Origin: Octopus bimaculoides
Lineage: Eukaryota
DNA length: 64,000 nucleotides
Reading direction: 5' to 3'
NCBI RefSeq assembly: GCF_001194135.2
Contig: NC_068998.1
Coordinates: forward strand, 46,032,607-46,096,606
Each line of letters starts with the position of its first letter. Positions within the stretch are counted from its first letter, which is position 1. The position numbers were made by a program, and so were the translations under genes. The notes under the pieces are model-generated. The model did not search any database and was not told the DNA's origin. It saw nothing but the letters and a program-made list of their open reading frames with translations. Positions 50,982-64,000 of the stretch are shown piece after piece.

Positions 50982-51080
50982 AACATTTTTGGTTGAAATG
51001 AATAAGTCGTCAAAACTGAAGTAGCCACTGGCCATGGTTTCGAAGAATGTACCAACCCCAAAATCCTGTTTAGTGAAAAC
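50982..51080 (-). CDS. Candidate alternative exon of the shootin-like gene (phase 0-0, 33 aa): VFTKQDFGVGTFFETMASGYFSFDDLFISTKNV
   Basis: Acceptor ctaaactcgcttcag, donor GTT|GTAAGT; 99 nt open frame compatible with both neighbours; internal ATG at 51035 in ACCATGG context. Confidence 0.55.
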
Positions 51081-51570
51081 CTGAAGCGAGTTTAGATCAC
51101 ACCAACAACGACCATAGCAAAGGTTCAGTGGAGGGCAACTTAGAACATATTGCACTGAACACAGCAGGGGTTTTAGTGTGCACATATGGAAGTGGGGGTG
51201 AATCATATAGCACCAATCATAGCAGGGTTTAGGGTTAGTAGTCATGGTGGTGGTGGTGCGGGGGGTAGTTCAAATTGTACCAATCACAGCAAGGTTCAAA
51301 TAATTTATGGAGAGATGTGTTTGTGTGTGTGGGTATGACAGATTTAATCCCAAATCTGTTTAGAAGATAATCCAGGGATCTAAATCCATCTCTTCTGGAT
51401 AAACTCCTTATTATTGGTTTAATCATTAACTGATAGAATTTATAAACTAACCAAAAATAAAGGGATTTGTCTTAACTTTGTTTGTTGTGTATCTTGCTGT
51501 CTTTATTGTTTGCTTGTTTTTTTAATAAATCTATATTTGTTAGAGTTCAGGGATTAGAAATTTATGTGTG

Positions 51571-51612
<42 letters not shown>

Positions 51613-52024
51613 CACACACACACACACACACATGCATTCAGACATGCATATGAACATGCAGACATAGATGCATGCATGCATACATATTTGCATGGATACA
51701 TACACACACACACACATATAGATACACATACAAACATGCATACATACATATGCACATATATACACACATATGTACACTTACATACACACACATATAGCTG
51801 CTGATGTGGCTGAATGGTAAGAAGTTTGTTTTGCAATCAAATGGTTTTGAGAATGTTTGTTAGATTTGAACCAGAGACAAAGAACAGTGCTGTTGAGTGA
51901 ATGTGAACCATTGACCTCATCATTCAACCTCTCAGTATCCAGCCCTCTACCAACTTAGCCCTTTCTTGTGACCATTCATGAGATTACAATGGATAAGTAG
52001 AGAGAAACTGTAGGGTTTACTTAC

Positions 52025-52077
52025 GTCCTCTTGACATGCTCTGTACTTAACAAATACATCCTCGTACGTATCAGCAA
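52025..52077 (-). CDS. SHTN1: Shootin-1-like, most 5' coding exon found (phase 1-0): (V)ADTYEDVFVKYRACQED
   Basis: Strong acceptor ctctctctttttctctctcttcag and donor GAC|GTAAGT; 53 nt; in frame with exon 35449-35509; resembles vertebrate shootin IGEYEDL...RQE|R (recalled sequence). Confidence 0.8.
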
Positions 52078-52945
52078 CTGAAGAGAGAGAAAAAGAGAGA
52101 GAGAGGTATTAGTATCCAGTGATGGACTGCAGGTCTTTTTCAGATCATTGGTACCATATTTTCCAGCATACAAGTAAAATAATTCAGACCAAAATTTACA
52201 GCCAGTAAATGGTAGGGTGACTTATACACCAAGACAACTCTGGTGGGCCAAAAATTCTATGTCAAATGCAGTAGGATTTGGATAGATAGGGTTGATCTTT
52301 GACTGTTTATACTATATATTACATTGGCCTGTATGCCAGAAAATACAGTACAACCAGTCTGGAGTGATATACAGTTGTCATCATAACATTGCATATAAAT
52401 TATGGCAGAGCAAAACATGTAGCACAGTTTATGACTCTTATGTCATAACATTAAAATCACAACACTTAAAACATCATGTACTGTATTTCCTAGCATACAG
52501 GTCAAAATTTTAAACAAAAATTTCGGACAAAAAAAGGGTAGGTTGATTTATAAACCAAGATGACTTTGGAGGACCAAAAATTCCATGTGAAATGCAATAG
52601 GATTTGGAAAGGTTGTGACACTGTTTGAATGTTTATGCTACATGTTTATACTGTATATACGATGTTGACTTGTACACCAGAAAATAATACAATAGTCAAT
52701 CACTGTCAGTCTCACCACTTTGCCATCACTGTACCAGTAGCATCATCATCAGCGTTAACATGAAGATGAACCCCTCCACACACACACACACTCACAGCCA
52801 CCACCACTATTTTATCAACATCATTATTACCATCACTACACCATGTCATCACTAATAACAGTCAATTGAATAATAGTTAATTAATTGTTTAGCATTTAAA
52901 CTGGTTATATCTAGCCAAGATATTCTACCTGTTTTATATTCAACC

Positions 52946-53324
52946 CAGGGCTGTGAAATCGAAACAACAATCTTTGACTCTAACTCCCCTACTATTTACA
53001 CCTCCGACTCCAACTCCTCTACTATTGGTGCCTCTGACTCCTCTACTATTGGCACCTCCAACTCCAACTTCTCTACTGTTGGCACCTCCGACTTTGACTC
53101 CTCTTTATGTAATTAAGTGATTGTGGTCTACATATCTCATAAAGCATATGCATACGCTTGTACTTTGAGTAGGCCTATAGTTTGTAACTGGTTTGTATTA
53201 AAGAATAAAGACATTGTGAGTCGGAGTCAGTAAAACTATACTGACTCTGACTCCAGCTACCCCTTAATTGTTTCTGACTCCGACTCCATGTCTCCGACTC
53301 CATGTCTCCGACTCCACAGCTCTA
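52946..53324. mobile_element. hAT-like MITE with subterminal (gactcc) repeats
   Basis: cagggctgtg ... cacagctcta ends; degenerate 8-bp duplication attcaacc / gttcaaac. Confidence 0.65.
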
Positions 53325-53629
53325 GTTCAAACTAGCCTGATCCAGCCTCTCACACCAATCCCATAATATGATTCTAAAAATAAACAATCACATTATTGAG
53401 ATCTTGAAGCTATGAGATAATACATGATTAATCCAAAACAACGTGAATAAATAAGAATCACATTTAACAGAGTAATCTGAATGCTAAAAGGGGTTAAGCA
53501 GCCCTTCTCAGGATGCAGTACTCTATTATGGGTCCCAATAAAGCCTTGTAGAATAGTCTGATTATTGCAGGTAATGCATGCCACAACATCGCATTATTTG
53601 AAACCACAGTATTCAAATATATAAATACC

Positions 53630-54025
53630 AATGTGGCTGTGTGGTAAGAAGCTTGCTTCCCAAGCATATGGTTCCAGGTTCAGTCCCACTCTATGACACC
53701 TTGGGCAAGTGTCTTCTACTATAGCCTTGGGCTGACCAAAGCTTTGTGAGTGGATTTGGTAGACGGAAACTGAAGGAAGCCCATCGTATAATATATCTAC
53801 GTGAGTATCTTTGTGCCTGTGTTGTCCCCCGTCACCACTTGACAACTGGTTTTGGTATGCTTACGTCCCTGTAACTTAGAGGTTTGGCAGAAAAACACCA
53901 ATAGAATAAGTAGAAGGGCTTAAAAAACTTTAGTTCTGGGGTCAATTCATACAACTAAAAATTCTTTGGGGCAGTGCTCCAACATGGCTGCAGTCTAATG
54001 ACTGAAACAAGTAAAAGATAAAAGA
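53630..54025 (+). mobile_element. SINE family A
   Basis: Collinear with 48161-48555. Confidence 0.8.
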
Positions 54026-54289
54026 TGATGTTAAAATAGCAACAAGAAAAAAAAAGAAAAAAAGAAAACCACCTAAATTCTTACTTTTCTAAAATACCAA
54101 AACACTTTTACCAGAAAAGAAAATTTATGAAAATCAATATAGCTTTATGTTTTATGAGTTTTTCTTGGCTTGATTCAACAAAGGTTACTGAGAAAAATTG
54201 TTTTTATTGCAAAAAAGATGCTTGTCTTTGTGTTTTTTATATTCTTTATACTTAACCATTATTGCAGCCAAGAACATTTTTAACTTATT

Positions 54290-55110
54290 ACCTCACTAGT
54301 ATTGCTCTCTTTTTACATTCAGATATTTGCGTCCATAACCTTGTGCGTTCCATCTTTAAACTTCTTAAAAACAGCATTGAGTTCTTATATTGAAATTTCT
54401 TTCATCTGCATCACCTCTTCAACTGTTTGTTCCATCTTAGCCATTATTATCCACATTGTATGCACCCCTCTGCTCCAAATTTAAAGTGTCTGCGACATTG
54501 AGGTTCACATCTTATGCAGTCCTCTCCTGTTTCATCTTGTACCATCTTCAACTGCTCCATCTTGCATATTATCTTCATCCAACATTTGTTGCTGCTTTAG
54601 ATGTCTTTATCACTGAAGTCAGCATCATACACCTCAAGCCATTCTGTGACATTACCATTCTTTATTCTAGACCAATTGCTGTCCATGAGATCTTCTGAAT
54701 GGTACACCTAACAAGAAATATTACCTTTAAGTTTTTTGATAGTGTGGCCTACATGTTGATGAGTCATGTCTCATGTAGCCCACCTGTTGATGAGTTGTGT
54801 CTCATGTGGCTTGCTTCCCAAAAAAGATTTCTTGTGCCTGTTCTAGACATTCCCAGATGTAAATGAAGTCTATTGATTTCTGCTATGGCTTCTTCAACAT
54901 TCAGACTGCAGTTTTTTCTTCCTTTACCAAATAACCAATATTTTGAATTTATTTCCAAAACAATTCTGTTATATCGAAATCTGTCCACCAACAGAAAACA
55001 CCAGCTTCAATAAATTTTCTCATTCAATTCAGACAGATATTCAAGAGTATCACCATCATACACACTTGCAGTTCATCCGGTGATACCTCTAATGCTATGC
55101 AAAACAATTT
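54290..55110 (-). pseudogene. Decayed coding-like relic, possibly a Ginger/KRBA2-type integrase transposon
   Basis: Long in-frame stretches broken by stops, e.g. YLSELNEKIY*...CSLNVEEAIAEINRLHLHLGMSRT, loosely like the ELFDIxHxAHxxIGHGGR integrase zinc-binding region; weak. Confidence 0.3.
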
Positions 55111-55384
55111 ACTGCTGACAGTCCTAAATGTTATGGATTCCAATACATGCTTTTAAATATGTTGAACATGAAAACGTTTCATTAGATTTCCTTTTAGCTT
55201 CATTTTCTCCTGTCCATATTCCTTAAAATACCATGAATACTTATGTGTACTATATTATGTATATATACATATGTTTATATGTAAATAAATACATATGTAT
55301 ACACACACACTGATTTCAAATTTCAGCACATATATATATATATATAAACATATATATATATATATATATATAAACATATACATA

Positions 55385-55596
55385 TACTCTTTTACTTGTT
55401 TCAGTCATTTGACTGTGGCCATGCTGGAGCACCACCTTTTGTCAAGCAAATCGACACCAGGACTTATTCTTTGTAAGCCTAGTACTTATTTTATCGGTCT
55501 CTTGTGCCGGACTGCTAAGTTACGGGGGACGTAAACACACCAGCATCGGTTGTCAAGCGATGTTGGTGGGGGACAAACACAGAAACACAAACATAT

Positions 55597-55665
<69 letters not shown>

Positions 55666-55833
55666 TATATACATACATATATACGACAGGCTTCTTTCAG
55701 TTTCCGTCTACCAAATCCACTCACAAGGCTTTGGTGGGCCCGAGGCTATAGTAGAAGACACTTGTTCAGTGGGACTGAACCTGGAACCATGCAGTTGGTA
55801 AGCAAGCTACTTACCACATAGCCACTCCTACGC
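55385..55833 (-). mobile_element. SINE family A, near full length
   Basis: Reverse complement of 48161-48555. Confidence 0.85.
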
Positions 55834-56114
55834 CTCAGGGGTAATTGTCCTTGGTGGGGTTATTTGTCCATGGGAGGGTAAATGTCCTAGACTTGGCTAT
55901 ATTGTCTATTCTGGCAGGGTTTTTGTGGCTGGATGCCCTTCCTAACACTAATCACTTCACAGAGTGTACTGGGTGCTTTTTATGTGGAACCAGCACCAGC
56001 ATCAATTCTGCTGGTGCCTTTTTGAGTGCAGTAAGGTACCAGGTACCTCGGTCTGTTGTCATCTCCTTCGTAAGGCTCAATGTCTTGAGATCAGCCTTGA
56101 ATATGACATTATCT

Positions 56115-57405
56115 AATGTATCATCATCATCATCGTTTAACGTCCGCTTTCCATGCTAGCATGGGTTGGACGATTTGACTGAGGACTGGTGAAACCGGAT
56201 GGCAACACCAGGCTCCAGTCTGATTTGGCAGAGTTTCTACAGCTGGATGCCCTTCCTAACGCCAACCACTCAGAGAGTGTAGTGGGTGCTTTTACGTGTC
56301 ACCCGCACGAAAACGGCCACGCTCGAAATGGTGTCTTTTATGTGCCACCCGCACAAGCCAGTCCAGGGGCACTGGCAACGNNNNNNNNNNNNNNNNNNNN
56401 NNNNNNNNNNNNNNNNNNNNNNNNNNNNNNNNNNNNNNNNNNNNNNNNNNNNNNNNNNNNNNNNNNNNNNNNNNNNNNNNNNNNNNNNNNNNNNNNNNNN
56501 NNNNNNNNNNNNNNNNNNNNNNNNNNNNNNNNNNNNNNNNNNNNNNNNNNNNNNNNNNNNNNNNNNNNNNNNNNNNNNNNNNNNNNNNNNNNNNNNNNNN
56601 NNNNNNNNNNNNNNNNNNNNNNNNNNNNNNNNNNNNNNNNNNNNNNNNNNNNNNNNNNNNNNNNNNNNNNNNNNNNNNNNNNNNNNNNNNNNNNNNNNNN
56701 NNNNNNNNNNNNNNNNNNNNNNNNNNNNNNNNNNNNNNNNNNNNNNNNNNNNNNNNNNNNNNNNNNNNNNNNNNNNNNNNNNNNNNNNNNNNNNNNNNNN
56801 NNNNNNNNNNNNNNNNNNNNNNNNNNNNNNNNNNNNNNNNNNNNNNNNNNNNNNNNNNNNNNNNNNNNNNNNNNNNNNNNNNNNNNNNNNNNNNNNNNNN
56901 NNNNNNNNNNNNNNNNNNNNNNNNNNNNNNNNNNNNNNNNNNNNNNNNNNNNNNNNNNNNNNNNNNNNNNNNNNNNNNNNNNNNNNNNNNNNNNNNNNNN
57001 NNNNNNNNNNNNNNNNNNNNNNNNNNNNNNNNNNNNNNNNNNNNNNNNNNNNNNNNNNNNNNNNNNNNNNNNNNNNNNNNNNNNNNNNNNNNNNNNNNNN
57101 NNNNNNNNNNNNNNNNNNNNNNNNNNNNNNNNNCTGTTTGTTTGCAGTCTTTATTGCACCTGAACATCTGCCACAAACAAAAACTAACTTGCTAGTTAAC
57201 CTGCCTTTGATGTTGCTGCACCTCTTATGTGTCCATAGCTTGCACCGGGTACATCTTATAGAGTTACTACCTACTCCTTTTCTACATACTGAGCAGGGCC
57301 ATCTACCTGAAGGGGTTTGTGTTTTATCTACCTTCCTACTTATTAGGATTTTGGTTTTAGCTAGGTTGACTCTAAGGCCCTTCAATTCTAGACCTTGCTT
57401 CAGTG
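56115..57405 (-). mobile_element. 5'-truncated RTE-clade LINE spanning an N-gap
   Basis: 57134-57400 encodes KQGLELKGLRVNLAKTKILIS...WPCSVCRKGVGSNSIRCTRCKLWTHKRCS...FVCGRC (end of RT plus Cys-rich finger typical of RTE); 3' UTR and (GAT)n tail at 56115-56380 on the same strand. Confidence 0.85.
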
Positions 57406-58124
57406 GTTATAATTAACGTTGTTGTAGTTGTTTAACCCCAGGTCAGTCCAGATCCAGTAGATCTATGATCAGACATGTTTCAACTGAAACCGGTCCATCT
57501 TTTAGTCAGACACAGCATATCTAGGTTTATGTGATCTAATGTATAATATATTAGTTAATATCAGTGGTTATAGTTGTTTTGCTGTAGTTCTTTAACCCCA
57601 GGTCAATCCAGACCCAGTAGCTCCTGATCAGGCATGCTCCAACTGAAAGTAACCCATCTTTTTCCAGCCTTAGTGAAACTAAGACTACTTTATATAATAT
57701 TCTTCCTCGTTTATTGTTGCTTAGCTCTGAGTCAGTCCTGATTCAACAGATTAGGATAAAAAAAATGGACCAACCAGGATGCACCAATCTATTAATCAGT
57801 CATAATGTATCTAGGACTACATTATCTAAATATTCTTCCTTTCTTGAAGGAAGTGTGATGTTAATTGAGGGAAATTTTTCTGCTATTTCAAGCAAATCCT
57901 GCAACCATGTAAATGACTTCAGTTTTTGTTAACTAATTAATTCCACTTATTAATTAATTAATTCTTAACCTTTTTCTTTTACTTGTTTCCTCTTTAATCA
58001 TCACTAGCAGCAAGGCCAGATCAAATGTTTGCACCAATTCACGAAACCTTCAGATATTTCTTCAAAGCCATTTGTTTTACCAATTCTGTCAGAACTAAAT
58101 CTCACCATTCCATTCATCTTTATC

Positions 58125-58329
58125 CTTTACTTGTTTCAATTACTGGACTGCGGCCATGCTGGGGCACTGCCTTGATGGGATCAGTTGAAAAGAAACCTAC
58201 CCCAGTACTGATTTTCTGTTTAAGCTCAGTACTTATTCTACGGTATCTTTTGCTGAACCACTACGTTACAGGAATGTAAACAAACTGACACAGGTTGTGA
58301 AGTGACAGTGGGCAACAAACACAAAGATG

Positions 58330-58360
<31 letters not shown>

Positions 58361-58520
58361 ACGCACGCACACGCACACGCACACACACACACACACACAG
58401 ATTTCTTTCAACTTCCATCTACGAAATTCACAAGGCTTTGGCTGACCCAGGGCTATATACCATTCAGTAGGAACCCGGAACCATGTAGTTTGGAAGCGAA
58501 CTTCTTTCCACACAGCCACA
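58125..58520 (-). mobile_element. SINE family A, diverged
   Basis: Collinear with other copies. Confidence 0.75.
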
Positions 58521-59461
58521 TCTGATTTGTGTTTTTTTTTTTTTTCAGTTTCATTAATCAAATAACATCCAAAATCATTTTCAAGTCAAAACAAACACAT
58601 TATTTCCAGAATTTTAATGAATGAAAACATTTGAGTTAATTCATTAATTTCTCGTTATGTGTTCTCATTAGCTCCTTTAAGTATATTTATTTGTTTGTTT
58701 GTATGTTTAATTATTTGTTTTATTTTTGTTGTTGTTTATCTGCTCTCCCATTTTTGTTTGTCAATAAAATATTTTATCGCTTCTTCAGTTGAAGATGTCT
58801 CTACAGATTTTAGGAATTATATGCCTCAATTCCTCACCAAATTCTTTATCACACCCTTTCATAAACAAACAAGAAAAAATTAAAAAGGAAAATATTTGAG
58901 TGTGCCAACAAGAGAGCCTGAAATGACTAATCAACATTCTAAAAATAGCAACCAAAAATCCCTCAGCTCACACTACGCCATTTTTCATTTTGAAGAAAAC
59001 AAAAAAATCACATTGGGTAATATAGCCCTAGATGTACAATGTTCAATAGGAAGACAGGATGGTCATGGTTGGAACATCTTTGATTGTATAGGTGTACTCA
59101 ATCAGGCTCTTTATTTTTTGTTAAGCTCAGTCAGTCTACTCAGGTGTAAATATGTACTAGCTGAGTACTGATGTAAACCTCTGTCCCTTCACCTGTCAAG
59201 TCCTTGATGTTCCATTGGGTCACAGGTGCGAGAACCAAGAGTGGAGTGTGGTATTAGCAACCGAGTGACTCACTTGTGAGTGACGGCTATGATGAGGATG
59301 CACACAATTAGTTCTGACCCAGAGGCTAAACTATAACAACAGCTGGGATGGACACATTAGATAATACATTCATAGATATACATCTCTACACAGATATCAC
59401 AAAAGTAAATAGACAACCCTCGCTTTATATTTGTGCATGAGTGTGTATGCATGTGTGAACA

Positions 59462-59950
59462 CATCATCATCATCACCATCGTTTAACATCCGCTTTCCAT
59501 GCTAGCATGGGTTGGATGGTTTGACTGGGGACAGGTGAGCCAGATGGCTGTACCAAGCTCCAATCTGATCTGGCAGAGTTTCTACAGCTAGATGCCCCTC
59601 CTAATGCCAACCACTCCGAGAGTATAGTGGGTACTTTCACATGCCACTGGCACGAGGGCCAGTCAGGCAGTACTGGCAATGGCAACGCTCAAATGGTGTT
59701 TTTATGTGTCACCTGCACGGGAGCCAGTCCAGTGGCACTGGCAATGCCCTCGCTCAAATGTTGTTTTCCATGTACCACCAGCACAAGTGCCAGTGAGTCA
59801 ATGCTGGTAACGATCACGCTTGAATGGTGCTTTTTACATGCCACTGGCACGGGGACCAGTCAGTGGCCCTGGCGATGATCACGCTCAGATGGTGCTCTTA
59901 GCGCTCCACCAGCATGGATGCCAGTCATGTGGTGCTGTAATCGAATTTGA
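59462..59950 (-). mobile_element. Older RTE-LINE 3' end with internal subrepeats (gccagtc...cactggc...cgctc)
   Basis: Homologous to 34040-34380. Confidence 0.75.
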
Positions 59951-60004
59951 TTTCGATTTCATTGTTACTGAATGTCTCTCAATCAGAGATTTAGAAATAA
60001 TAAT

Positions 60005-60045
<41 letters not shown>

Positions 60046-61100
60046 ATATATATATGATGGGTATCTATTTAGTTCTGCAATATCTGTGTATCTACCATGA
60101 TGATTGAATGATAGGATGGTCCTGTCTGGAACGTTTTTGATCCTAGGCTTTAGTCATTAAGCTTTGATCTGGTGCTAATCAACAATAACAACAACATTTT
60201 ATAATCGTTTTAATCTTCATCAATCTAGGTATTTCCTTAAAACTCTGTAATTTTATTATTTCAGACAACCTAAATATATTTTTATTATTTCAAATTTAAA
60301 TTCTACATTCCAAAGCATTAAAACTTAATCACTGACTAATTCCTATATTTTCCACCACATTCATCATAACTTTCGGCTTTGAAGAATATTGCAAAGGCTA
60401 TTCAACGGTAATTTAACAAATCTGAACAATTAATGCTGTTATTTTCCCAATTTTTCTTCATTAATAATTATAATTACAAATTTGTTTGTGTATGTATGCA
60501 CATCAACATTGGTTGTCAAGCAATGATAGTGGGAGGCGGGGTAACAAACACAGACACAAGCACACAAATACACACATATATATATCATCATCATCATCAT
60601 CATCATTGTTTAACATTTGCCTTCCATGCTGGCATGGGTGGGACAGTTTCACAAGACCTGGCTTGGCAGAAGGCTGCACCAGACTTCTGTAACTGCTTTG
60701 GCAAGGTTTTTTCAGCTGGATGCCCTTCCTAACACCAACCACTCAACAGAATGGACTTAGTGTTTTTTACATAGCACATGCGAGGTCAGTTTCGACAAGG
60801 TTTATACAGACTAATAGATTAAAAGTGAACCACAATCCTTTACAATCTTGACCGTAACAAACTTCATACAGTTCTTAGAAGTGTAGTATATTCTGAGTCA
60901 CATTAGTGGCAACATGGACTTTCTCCCTCTTCTTGCTCTATTAGAGAATTGGAGTAAAATTATATTAATGTGTCCAACTGATTAAAACATTCTATTTATA
61001 TATTTATGAAGCTGAGGATAGCCCTGCATTTAAATTGATGTAATGATTGCAGTGTTCATTTAAATGGAGCCACTTGAAACAGTCATACTGCATCACTTCT

Positions 61101-61351
61101 TCATATCCTATTGCTTATTTTGATTTTATATAAATATATACAAACATACATATACATACATATGCATGTATATATACATATACATACATATACATATATA
61201 TACATATACATACACATACATACATACACATACATATACATACATATACATACACATATATACATAAATACATATATATATATATACACACACACATGTA
61301 CGTACATACACACACATATATACACATATGTACATATACATACACACATAC

Positions 61352-61382
<31 letters not shown>

Positions 61383-61540
61383 CATACATACACGCACACA
61401 CATATATATATACATATATACATATACATACACATACACACATATATATATACATACGCACACGCACATATACACATATGTACATACACACACACACACA
61501 TACACACACACACACACACATATGGACACAGACAGACACA
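61101..61540. repeat. Long compound (TA/CA)n microsatellite
   Basis: Directly visible. Confidence 0.95.
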
Positions 61541-61642
61541 CACATACCAGCCTCCCCTATCATAACAGTCCAGTGTCATCACAGAGATACTTATGACATC
61601 TCTGATGTCACATGAGTATGAGAGATATCACTAAATATGTAG

Positions 61643-61678
<36 letters not shown>

Positions 61679-61929
61679 ATACACATACCTACATACATCT
61701 TTTGTTTGTTTTAGTGACTAGTGTACAGCCATGCTGGAGCACCACCTTAAATCTTTAGTTGAATGAATCAAACACCAATACTTAGATTTATTTTTTTTTA
61801 AGCTTTGGTACTTATTTTATTAGGTTGTTTTGTTGAAGCGCTTAGTGATGGGGACATAAACACACCAACACCGGTTGTCAAGTAGTGGCAGAGAAGAAAC
61901 GCAAACACACACACACACACACACACAGA

Positions 61930-62247
61930 TTATATGGCCGTTGCCAGTACCGCCTGACTGGCTCCTGTAGGATTTTCGAGCGAGATCGTTGCCAGTGCCC
62001 CTGGACTGGCTTGTGCGGGTGGCACATAAAAGACACCATTTCGAGCGTGGCCGTTTTCGTGCGGGTGACACGTAAAAGCACCCACTACACTCTCTGAGTG
62101 GTTGGCGTTAGGAAGGGCATCCAGCTGTAGAAACTCTGCCAAATCAGACTGGAGCCTGGTGTTGCCATCCGGTTTCACCAGTCCTCAGTCAAATCGTCCA
62201 ACCCATGCTAGCATGGAAAGCGGACGTTAAACGATGATGATGATGAT
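61930..62247 (+). mobile_element. Young RTE-LINE 3' end, opposite orientation to the 30225/34040/56115 copies
   Basis: Ends ...catgctagcatggaaagcggacgttaaacgatgatgatgat. Confidence 0.85.
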
Positions 62248-63144
62248 NNNNNNNNNNNNNNNNNNNNNNNNNNNNNNNNNNNNNNNNNNNNNNNNNNNNN
62301 NNNNNNNNNNNNNNNNNNNNNNNNNNNNNNNNNNNNNNNNNNNNNNNNNNNNNNNNNNNNNNNNNNNNNNNNNNNNNNNNNNNNNNNNNNNNNNNNNNNN
62401 NNNNNNNNNNNNNNNNNNNNNNNNNNNNNNNNNNNNNNNNNNNNNNNNNNNNNNNNNNNNNNNNNNNNNNNNNNNNNNNNNNNNNNNNNNNNNNNNNNNN
62501 NNNNNNNNNNNNNNNNNNNNNNNNNNNNNNNNNNNNNNNNNNNNNNNNNNNNNNNNNNNNNNNNNNNNNNNNNNNNNNNNNNNNNNNNNNNNNNNNNNNN
62601 NNNNNNNNNNNNNNNNNNNNNNNNNNNNNNNNNNNNNNNNNNNNNNNNNNNNNNNNNNNNNNNNNNNNNNNNNNNNNNNNNNNNNNNNNNNNNNNNNNNN
62701 NNNNNNNNNNNNNNNNNNNNNNNNNNNNNNNNNNNNNNNNNNNNNNNNNNNNNNNNNNNNNNNNNNNNNNNNNNNNNNNNNNNNNNNNNNNNNNNNNNNN
62801 NNNNNNNNNNNNNNNNNNNNNNNNNNNNNNNNNNNNNNNNNNNNNNNNNNNNNNNNNNNNNNNNGATAACGATAATAATAATTCCTCGTTATTGATTTAA
62901 CCAATTAGGAAGCTAAATTATATAGATATACACACTTGACAATCCTATCATTACTGTGCAACTAATGAACTTAGCTAACATATTTTTTTGCTTGATTTAT
63001 TTATCATTTTTCGCTATTTAAAATGAAGAATATTGGGGTGAGGTTGGAGGTGTACTGCTGCTGCTTCTACTACTACTATTAGTTACCATTATTATTATTA
63101 TTATTATTATTACTGTTATTATCATTATTATTATTGTTATTGTT

Positions 63145-63730
63145 AAGTTGGTGAGCTGGCAGAGTCGTTAGCGCACCAGGTGAAATGCTTTGCAGTTTTT
63201 CGTCTATCTTCACATTCTGAGTTCAAATGCCGCCAGGGTCGACTTTGTCTTTCTTCATTTCAGGGCTGATAAATTAAGTACCAGTTATGCACTGGGGGTC
63301 AATGTAATCAACTGGTCCCCTCCCACAAAATTTCAGGCCTCATGCCTATAGTAGAAAGGATTATTATTATTACTATTGTTACCCAGGTGGAAAGCTGGCA
63401 AAATTTTGTAGCATACATTCTGGGTTCAAATTCCGCCAAGTTCAACTTTGCCTTTCACCCTTTTGGTGGGGTCGATAAACTAAGTACCAGTTGTGCCTTT
63501 AGTAGAAAAGATTATTATTATCATTAAGTTGACATTAAGCTGGCAGAATCACAAGTACACTGGACACTAGCTTAGTGAGATTTCGTTAGGTTCTTTACAT
63601 TCTGGGTTCAGCCAAGGTAGACTTTGCCTTTTGAGGTTGATAAATTAAATACCAGTTGAGCACTGGTGTTGATGCAATTGACAAGCCTCGCCCCTCAAAA
63701 TTGCAGGCCTTGAGCCTCCAGTAGAAAGTA
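63145..63730 (+). mobile_element. Array of 3-4 SINE family B copies
   Basis: ggtgagctggcagagtcgttagc head; repeated gactttgcctt...gataaattaagtaccagttg. Confidence 0.8.
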
Positions 63731-63948
63731 TTTTGTTGTTGTTGTTGTTATTATTATTATATCTTTCAGTGTAAGAACTCAGTTTATTGAATTCTATTAT
63801 ATTGGTTGGTCAGCACTGTTAGTACAGCTCACAAAGCCACAGCACTCTGTCTGTCTGTCTGTCCATCCATCCATCCATCCATCTGTTTGCAGGTGGGCAT
63901 GTTCATGTGTTTGTGTGTGTGTGTGTGTGTGTGTTTGCATATATGTGT

Positions 63949-63988
<40 letters not shown>

Positions 63989-64000
63989 NNNNNNNNNNAT

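Noticed and set aside
54292-54707. Possible first coding exon of the shootin-like gene (…TQISECKKRAILV, loosely like ITSLKEQAI)
   Set aside because: Both nearby donors give the wrong phase for the phase-1 exon at 52077, or the required frame has stops

Overview
Repeat-dense, gap-rich animal genomic DNA with about 15 N-gaps. The SINE/LINE families and microsatellite load look like an Octopus draft scaffold (inferred from recalled repeat families, no database search). The main content is one multi-exon minus-strand gene encoding a Shootin-1 (SHTN1/KIAA1598)-like coiled-coil/polyproline protein. I traced it by hand through GT-AG, phase-compatible exons from 52077 down to 13081, then through candidate exons to a probable stop at 6251-6253. 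About 440-470 codons are visible; the start exon was not found and two exons run into gaps. Both RxxS motifs matching the vertebrate Pak1 sites are conserved. There are candidate alternative exons at the N-terminus (99 nt) and C-terminus. Introns contain three tRNA-derived SINE families, young RTE LINE copies, relics of Tx1/L1, CR1/L2, CRE/NeSL-type and mariner elements, several MITEs, and long near-perfect fold-backs close to exons. They also contain at least four short inverted-repeat elements carrying decayed minimal hammerhead-ribozyme motifs of the Penelope-like-element type. No CRISPR array, rRNA or true tRNA is supported.
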